Source: Lytechinus pictus
Taxonomy: Eukaryota
Direction of reading: 5' to 3'
DNA length: 60,000 nucleotides
NCBI RefSeq assembly: GCF_037042905.1
Contig: NC_087252.1
Coordinates: forward strand, 4,280,001-4,340,000
Shown: piece by piece, positions 53,180-60,000 of the stretch
Numbering within the stretch: position 1 is the first letter of the stretch
How the letters are laid out: the number at the start of each line of letters is the position of its first letter
Position numbers and translations under genes: made by a program
The notes under the pieces: generated by a model
Database searches by the model: none
What the model was told of the DNA's origin: nothing
The model's input: the letters and a program-made list of their open reading frames with translations, nothing else

Positions 53180-54782
53180 TTTCTTTTTAGGTGAATTATG
53201 AAGAACAAAATTAAATATGTGTTTAAGAACTTAAGAATGATTTAACATGTTGATTTTTTTATAACGTCTTCATATAGGAAAGAGGCAAGATCAATTAGCG
53301 GACCTAGAAGATGAGCTCCTGCCCTTAGTAGCCCCAAAACAGGGTAAGACTCATTATTTTGAATATTTATATATTTACATGGAGGCCATTATAAAATAAA
53401 ATGTATGTAAAACGTATCCTAGATTTTTTAATGGGGGGGGGGGGGAGCTAACATGTTACCGATCGAATCATGCATTTATTCGATTGTCGTTTACTTCGTA
53501 CCTCTGGACAGCGCCTATTCCCTTCACATGATTATAACATATTATACAGGGGTTGATCAAGCTTTTGCCTAAGGGGGTATAATTCATACACATTTTCTCG
53601 AATTGGCCGCTATAGCTAATTTTTGTTGGATTTGAGAGGGCAGGGTTGAAAATAACAGAGGTAATAAATGACAGAGGATAAAAATGGCAGAGTCATCTCT
53701 GCTACTTGTACCTCTGCTATTTTTTTACAAAAATGTCCAGCTCGCGCTACGCACTTGCATTATTTAATTAGCTAGGTATATATACTCTTTATTCATTGAA
53801 GGGCAGGTCACCGAACAAAAAATATCAGTTTGAATAAAAAGAAAAAATCAAAGAAACCTAACTGTACACTGATATCCCATCGAAATCCGATGTAAACTAA
53901 GACAGATTTGACATCACACTTATTATCACACACATCACGTCATATTATATTAAATATAAGCATTTATTTGATGGAAATTTGTATTGTTTACATGTAATAA
54001 TTGTGCGAAAAAAATCAGAGACAAGTTACCTCTAGGATATGTTGAAATTATGAAACTATCCGCTGATATATTTTCTCGTCATTGATACGAGGGAAAACAT
54101 TTCAATGCTTTTTGCGTGATATTTTCCCTCGAAAATGCTCATTACTGACTGCAATACGTTATTAATCGTTGGTGCATAAGGCATGCGTCACACTGACCAT
54201 GATTCCTACTGGAAATACAAATATGGACAATTTCGAACTCGGGTAGATATTGGGGACCATTTCATGAAAGTTGTTAGCACTGCATGATAAGCTTTCTTTC
54301 TCTTAATAACAATCAGAGACAAGTACTTGCCTTCTGGGCCAATCTAATGTCAAGAAAATTATAAGCGTTGGCAGTTTCATCATTGCTGACAACTTTCACG
54401 AAACGCCCTCTCTGAGATCGTTGGTATATCTGAGGTCGTTGGTATTGCCAATTAGGTTCACTTCTTGTCACACCAATTACAGGTATGCAACAGTTGACCG
54501 AAACCGACATACTTGACGTGACACATGAAACAAACCTAGATCACGGTCAACTGAGGAATTTACTGACTGAACTTCATATCGAAGCAGCTGATATGCTTAC
54601 TGAAAAGGACAGAAATACACGTGCGAGTGATCTAAAGCTCAAGGCATTCCACGTCCTGTGCGTCTGGCGGAAAACCGAGGGCATCAACGCCACCAGAGGG
54701 ACATTGCGTAATGCGTTACACAAGTGTGGATACATTGAAGCACTCGGGATCTTGGATGAACGATGGGGTCTGAACTCTCAAG
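39565..54782 (+). CDS. Gene B: type I membrane receptor (signal peptide, IgV, IgC, TM, Death domain); 3' end uncertain
   Basis: Exons 39565-39610, 44569-44892, 46480-46712, 48953-49052, 49605-49703, 53278-53343 and 54483-54782 splice in frame (389 codons). The last exon ends at a GTAAAT donor, so further exon(s) are expected. Confidence 0.85.
40137..40680. repeat. 21-bp minisatellite (GAATAAGGAGAGAGCCATTTT)n
   Basis: More than 20 degenerate tandem copies in gene B intron 1. Confidence 0.9.
41792..44532. mobile_element. Foldback/MULE-like element with ~690-bp TIRs
   Basis: Same termini as the 36370 copy, in inverted orientation; 9-bp TSD AAGTTAAAC; 41792-42480 is inverted-repeated at about 43880-44532. 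Confidence 0.8.
42660..42970 (+). mobile_element. tRNA-derived SINE
   Basis: gtggcccagtgg A box, ggttcgaatccc B box, conserved core and (TTA)n tail. Confidence 0.8.
44569..44892 (+). CDS. Gene B exon: Ig V-set domain
   Basis: GRNVSLPCSF...VYWYK...RFRIGDDYRLVINDVLLLDETTYSCIV...TDLRVI shows the canonical B-strand C, C-strand W and DxxxYxC. Confidence 0.92.
46480..46712 (+). CDS. Gene B exon: N-terminal part of Ig C-type domain
   Basis: ALANPQVPIISSCETTEPGRC...VTLDCNIYNARPPANVTW...DGVFNISSQLW; phase-0 GTATGT donor. Confidence 0.9.
46800..47372 (-). mobile_element. 3' fragment of a CR1/L2-group LINE
   Basis: KIQKLQNKYARIIL...LSTLKWQTVEERIKYQ is a typical post-RT C-terminal region. Confidence 0.65.
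47541..47812 (+). mobile_element. Full-length tRNA-derived SINE
   Basis: GGAGCGTTGTGGCCCAGTGG A box, GGTTCGAATCCC B box, core gctgcactcaacccaggtgaggtaaatgggtacc and TATTATT tail. Confidence 0.85.
48953..49052 (+). CDS. Gene B exon: Ig F/G strands
   Basis: VSINEIGEDFVCVATGESVNGTSTLVVTVKYLP; cag acceptor, GTACG donor. Confidence 0.85.
49605..49703 (+). CDS. Gene B exon: transmembrane helix
   Basis: EIGLSSGSTAWIATSLLFLVIIAVLTIVYILRK; GTGAGT donor; basic stop-transfer residues follow. Confidence 0.88.
50337..50723. mobile_element. Kolobok-type MITE
   Basis: TTAA TSD; AGGTAAATGCCAGT / ACTGGCATTTCTCT TIRs. Confidence 0.7.
50760..52860 (+). mobile_element. 5'-truncated L2/CR1-group LINE (reverse transcriptase, frameshifted)
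   Basis: ORF 51443-52738 has QSAYR..STETAL, DLSAAFDTVDH, GVPQGSVIGP and YADD; upstream frameshifts; (TTA)n 3' tail. Confidence 0.92.
53100..53176. repeat. (TA)n microsatellite
   Basis: Direct reading. Confidence 0.95.
53278..53343 (+). CDS. Gene B exon: juxtamembrane linker
   Basis: RKRQDQLADLEDELLPLVAPKQ; 66 nt, phase 1-1, GTAAG donor. Confidence 0.75.
54483..54782 (+). CDS. Gene B exon: Death domain
   Basis: LTETDILDVTHE...LRNLLTELHIEAADM...LKAFHVLCVWRKTEGINATRGTLRNALHKCGYIEALGIL fits the Death-fold pattern L..W...G..AT...L..AL...G; 300-nt phase 1-1 exon. Confidence 0.85.
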
Positions 54783-55699
54783 GTAAATGTAATCATAAAC
54801 ATTTTATCTGTAGGAGGATAAATATTCAAACTTGGTCTAGGATTTGAATTTGCAAAGATAGGCCTTGCCCGAATTCAACCTCCATGCTATTTGCAGAATT
54901 CAGCTTTTGGCACTATCACATACTATACATTTCGTTGGCGTTCATCCGAACCGTCGTATCATTCGATTTTGGTCGAAATATCAATTTTGAGGTTTTTCAA
55001 AAAATAAAACTTCATATGGGGATTTTTAATTTGGGTATGTCAAACACAAAATGCGCAAATATCCCATTGGAATCATGTACGTGATAGCAATGTAAACAAT
55101 GGTTGCGCGCAGTTTAATACGCGGTCAGCAAGCTTTCGACTTTGCAAGTGAAATAGAAAACAAAATTGTCAGATAAATCATTTGTATCCATTAATATGTT
55201 TCTATAACTTTAGAGATTAATTGCATATGAAAAATTGTCAGTTTGAAGTAAGACTAGCAAGTAAAGGTTTGTTCTGCTATTCAAGTAGTTTCGATGAATT
55301 ATTGTTGCAACACTGAATTTAAGAGGGCGCTTCATCCAGCTGCTGCCCGCTGCACAGATTTTTGATGTTTTCATGAATCAGATAATAAGGAATGTAGGAT
55401 ATGTTTCAAACTGGCTTGGCTGTTTTTTATAATTATGTACTCTTAGCAGTGCTGTTTTACAGAAGAGTACATCCTTTGGAGTGCCCACAATGAGTTAAAA
55501 GACTATGGCTTGAATTATGAGATTGACTAAGGGTCTTATAAGGATTAACACATTTGAGTAGAATCTTAGCTCATTGTCATCACTTCTCAGCAGTGGCGAC
55601 AAAGCACTCCTAGTATATAAAGGACTAGTCCCACTTGCCGACGGACACAAAACGTATTCATAACGGAAACAGAGGACAAGCACAATTTCGGGGTGGCTC

Positions 55700-58015
55700 C
55701 ATCCGTTTTCATTCGATCCAGACAATGGACAAAATGGGCGAACATGCAATGGAATGTGAACGGATGCTCGATGGATAGAGCGTATGTCACACGTATGCAA
55801 AGAGGACACAACGGATACATAACGTTTTCCAACGAATGGCAAGATTCTTTTCCGTTATACATCCTCTCTGCATCCGTAAGTGCAGTGGGACCAAGCCTTA
55901 AGATCGATCCTTTTGAATTTGACAGCTTCATCTGCATACTGAATCAGATACCTGGGAAGCTTATTCTCGTTGGAGATTTAAACGTCCACCATGATTGTCC
56001 TAAGATATATGGTGTTAAACAGATTGAAGATATTCTGCAATACTTAATCAATACATGTATAAGCCAACCCACAGACTATTTCACACGTTGGATGTAATTA
56101 TAGCAAGAGAGGATGAGAATTTTCTGTGTTCCTTAATAAGGCCACCGCACACCTTACGACTGGTCTCCGACCCGATTTCAGAATAAAATGTAATAGAATT
56201 TGATGCTAATATTGAGACTTGGAATAAGTTACTGTGTAATGTTCGAAATCATCGTACGAATACCTATGATCAAATTTGTGACTATGCTATCATCATTCTT
56301 AGAATAAAAGCGAATTTAATATCTAGTCGTAATGACGTCATAGCAGTCTTACGATTGGCTACGATTTGAAACTAATTTGGACTTTACTCCAAAATAAGGG
56401 CTTGCAATTTTTCAAAATTGTTATAATATAATTATTTCAATTAATTCTAACCTCAAATAAAATGATATGTTCCATTCACATCTTCAGATAATGAGCAAAA
56501 CGTGATTTGTTCCAAAATCGGGTCGCAGATCAGTCGTAAGGTGTGCGGTCGTCTTGTCTGACCATGTTTGTAAGATGAACAGTCCGAGGTGAAATACCAT
56601 CAGCTGATGTACAATCTAGAGAGTATCGAAAGTTTGGCAAATGAATCATTCGTCATTTGCCGAGGATTTCTACTACTTACTTGACAAAGACTGTGTTACC
56701 GAGGATGTTAACAGTTGTGTTCAAACCCTGGATAGGGATATTGATAATCTCCTTGATGTCCGTGATCCGATTCGTACCCTCACCGCACCTGTTTATCACA
56801 GACCGAGATAGTAATGAGGAGGTGCATGTAGCAACGTGTGAACGTCGGAGACATGGGCGGAAATGAGGAAAATCCTTGAAGAGCAACACAGGCAGTGATA
56901 AAACGGCCTTCAAAGATGCTAAAGCTGCTGCAGTTGAAACATTATATCAGGCCAAACGTCGTATTATCATGACCTCTTCGTTGAAAGTGGCCCAAAGGAC
57001 ATGTGCAGAGAACTTAATGATCTTTTGAACACAAACAAACGTTGTCTTAGGGATGCACATTCACCTGCTATGCCAGCTGCATCTTTATGCAGATTCTTTA
57101 AGGAGAAGATTAGTAACGTGAGGAATTTTTTAATCTCAATGTCAATGCTCTGGAAGTTTCGAGTTTCAAAGATAGAGATGTTCCCTTACTCTCAGATCTT
57201 CGATTAGTTACAGTGAAAGAAGTCCAGAATATGATAAAATGTTCTTAAAATAAAACAAGTCCCTTGGATCCTCTTCAGACATGGTTGCTGAAGCGTCACC
57301 TCCATTTTTTTCTACCCAAGCTGACGCATATTATCAACACATCGCAGACAGGTGAATTCCCACAATGTATTGGAGTTGCATCAGTGGTGCATGTACTTAA
57401 AAGAAGTGACTCAATGAAATAACAGGCCTATCCCAAACATCAGATTCCTCGCTAAGCTTCTTGAAAGATTGTCTCGGCCCAACTGTTGGATCACATTGAT
57501 GATAGCAATTTTGGAGACTCCAAGACAATTTGCATATAAAAGGAATCACACTTCTGACACAGCGTTTGTTAGTCTGCAGAACAATATTATTTGCGTTCTT
57601 GATAATCGAAAGTGTTTCATTTGTTTTCGTTGACATGTCATTTGATTTTGACACCTTATACCACAACATTTTGATGAAAAGGCTTCAAGATGACCATGGG
57701 GTTACTTGTAGAGCACTGAGCTGGCTAAAGTTCTATCTCATGGGACAAGTATAGAATTTGAACATCGATGGGGAGAAGTCAACTAACACTATAGAGGAGT
57801 ATGGTGTTCCACGGGGATCAGTAATGGGTCCACTGCTGTTTACGATGTACTCAAAGCAAGTATCTGACATTCTCCACAGATGTGGAGTAGACTATCATGT
57901 ACGTGTATATGCTGATGACATCCAACTTTTCCCGAAGATTGATCCATCAATAATGGACTATATTGACTGCAAAATGCACATTTATACAGGTCGTGCAAGA
58001 ATTTCAAACATGGAT
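55700..58015 (+). mobile_element. Highly degenerate L2/CR1-group LINE (APE and RT remnants)
   Basis: LILVGDLNVH (APE); FDTLYHNILMKRL, YGVPRGSVMGPLLFTMY and YADDIQL (RT); many stops and frameshifts; interrupted by a MITE and a Gypsy element. Confidence 0.8.
56139..56554. mobile_element. MITE inserted in LINE remnant
   Basis: About 38-bp TIR accgcacaccttacgactggtctccgacccgattt / aaatcgggtcgcagatcagtcgtaaggtgtgcggt. Confidence 0.7.
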
Positions 58016-60000
58016 TGTTATGTTTTGGGGTTCATCCAGCCTAATAATGACAAATTAAAGTCTCCAGTTTTGCTTAACTCAAAATGTCTGTTGACTCTTT
58101 ATTGCTCCTTCATTGTACAGTCTCTCTGTGTGTGTTGTACAATCTCCACTTATGCATGTGTATACATAATACAGATTCATACATGTTGCTAGTCTGTACA
58201 TGCAGACCTTATTACACATTTATGTTATTCTTTACATTCAAACCTTCATATATAACATTCCTCCCCCTTACATAAATGTACATGAGTAATTTTTGAAATA
58301 TAACAATTTCCACTGTCGGTGTTCCATGCAATTAAGGAATTATAATTTCAACCACTATTTCACTTCCATACTTCAACTTGCAACATTTCATGTAAGAAGT
58401 TTTAGTTATTTGGCTTCAAATTTCTCAATCCTCAGTATTCTGATTTAAAATAATCTCTGCAAAGTGTTCCTTACACTTGTATGTAATCAAACTTTCTGTT
58501 ACAATTGTAAAATATAACACAACTTTAACAAAACATATATGCCAAGTTACAATTAACACCTTTTTTCTTTGCTGTTACAAAAACTAAGTCCACATTTTGA
58601 ATTCTTCCTTACTGTTATCCAAAATGCAAGTCATTTTGGCTTGTACAATTCTTATCTTACTTTATGTTAATACCAACATAATCATACATTTCATGAATTA
58701 CTGTCAGTTGCAAGACACATTACAACATATTACATTTTTTTTTTTGGTACATCTGGAACTAAGTATAAGGCAACCTTTTACTTTTGTACATAACAATTGA
58801 ACCAAATATTTTACTTGCAGAAATACACCACATAATCCTGAAATCTTGTTGGTGTGCTCACATTTCTACGAGACATTCGTCTTTCTGGTTTTGTGTCTAT
58901 GTTTTGTGGCATATTTTGTTTTGTTTCTTTTGTATTTTCTTCATTTGTTTGTGTTGTTTCACTTTCTGGAGCATTCTCTGGCTCTGGATTAATGTCAGGC
59001 ATAAGGAACACAACTGGTGGTTCCTCTGGAGGTTCTTCTGGAGGTTGGAACTCCTTCCTCTCACTGTTGGCATGTTCACTGGATGGAAAATACTTCCTCA
59101 TCTGGTCAATATGACGGCGGACAACTCTACCATCTGTTAGTTGTACATTGTACATGACTTCATTGATAACTTCAAATACTGTTCCATAAAGCCATGTTGT
59201 ACCTGAGCTGAAGTTTTTGACCATCACTTGATCATTTACAGCAAAGACCCTTTCTTTGCTTCCTCGATCTCCTGTTTTATTCATGGTAGACTGTTTCCGT
59301 CTAGCCGATTTGCTCAGATCTGGACGCAAATTGTCGAGTCTTGTGCGGACTTTCCTCTTGAACATCAGTTTACTGGGCGTCTTTCCTGTTGTTTCCTGTG
59401 GAGTGACTCTGTAGGTCAACAAAAACCTTTGAAGTTTCTTTTCCAAGACACTTCCTTGTCCCTTCTTCATTGCTGTTTTGACAGTTTGTACACCTCTCTC
59501 CGCAAGTCCATTGCTGGCTGGGTGCTTGGGTGCTGTCTGGATATGGCAAATGTTGTTGTTGTTCATCAGAGTGGCAAACTCTTCTGAAACAAATTGTGTG
59601 CCACTGTCTGTCACCACGGTCTCTGGTAATCCATGTGTTGCAAACAACCGTCCAAGGGCAATCACTGTGGCATTGGCTGTGGCTCGCTTCACACTAATAG
59701 CTTCGAGCCATTTACTGTGCGCATCTACGACGATCAAGATATTCTCGTCACCAATGGAGGCATAATCACAATGGATCCTACTCCACGGCTTCTCAGGAAA
59801 CTCCCACGGGTGTATGAGTACTGCTGCTGGGCTGTGCTGATTCTGTTGACAGCTTTCACAACATCTCACGTGCTGTTCCAACTGGTTGTCTATATTGGGC
59901 CACCATACGTACGACCTGGCTAGTGACTTCATTTTCACGATCCATGGGTGCGTACTATGTAACTCATTCAGGATTCTCTCCTTCATTTGTAGGTTATCAG
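58016..60000 (-). mobile_element. Gypsy/Ty3 LTR retrotransposon, 3' part (integrase, PPT, 3' LTR)
   Basis: Integrase with HHCC and DDE motifs; minus-strand PPT AAGGGGGAGGAA (58258-58269) adjacent to LTR 58016-58257 bounded TGTTAT...ATAACA with an AATAAA inside. Confidence 0.88.
58811..60000 (-). CDS. Gypsy pol integrase domain (partial)
   Basis: LHSTHP...CESC zinc finger; IHCDY, VTDSGTQF and SNGLAERGVQT catalytic core. Confidence 0.9.
   Translation of the reverse strand, partial: DNLQMKERILNELHSTHPWIVKMKSLARSYVWWPNIDNQLEQHVRCCESCQQNQHSPAAVLIHPWEFPEKPWSRIHCDYASIGDENILIVVDAHSKWLEAISVKRATANATVIALGRLFATHGLPETVVTDSGTQFVSEEFATLMNNNNICHIQTAPKHPASNGLAERGVQTVKTAMKKGQGSVLEKKLQRFLLTYRVTPQETTGKTPSKLMFKRKVRTRLDNLRPDLSKSARRKQSTMNKTGDRGSKERVFAVNDQVMVKNFSSGTTWLYGTVFEVINEVMYNVQLTDGRVVRRHIDQMRKYFPSSEHANSERKEFQPPEEPPEEPPVVFLMPDINPEPENAPESETTQTNEENTKETKQNMPQNIDTKPERRMSRRNVSTPTRFQDYVVYFCK

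Noticed and set aside
53300..53330. Acidic dileucine sorting motif (DLEDELL)
   Set aside because: Spacing does not fit [DE]xxxL[LI] or DxxLL exactly; too weak to call.
54783..54847. Read-through end of the Death ORF (GKCNHKHF...stop)
   Set aside because: A strong G|GTAAAT donor at 54783, at the domain end, suggests this is intron sequence.

Overview
AT-rich, intron-rich animal genomic DNA. The repeat families, tRNA-derived SINEs and Death-domain style suggest an echinoderm, probably a sea urchin (inference). Two paralogous + strand genes can be built by hand from GT-AG exons with consistent phases. They share a distinctive Ig ectodomain and a single TM helix but have different cytoplasmic modules. 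Gene A (261..22043, 5' end outside the window) is Ig-TM fused to an IFI44/IFI44L-like P-loop GTPase domain. Gene B (39565..54782, 3' end uncertain) is signal peptide, Ig-V, Ig-C, TM, Death domain. The rest is transposon-derived: an 11.6-kb Academ-like element with nested MULE-, Ginger1-, Kolobok- and Harbinger-type insertions in gene A's last intron, a Helentron-type HINE, foldback elements, hAT and Tc1 MITEs, SINEs, L2/CR1-type LINEs and a Gypsy LTR element at the right edge. All calls come from reading the sequence; no searches were run.
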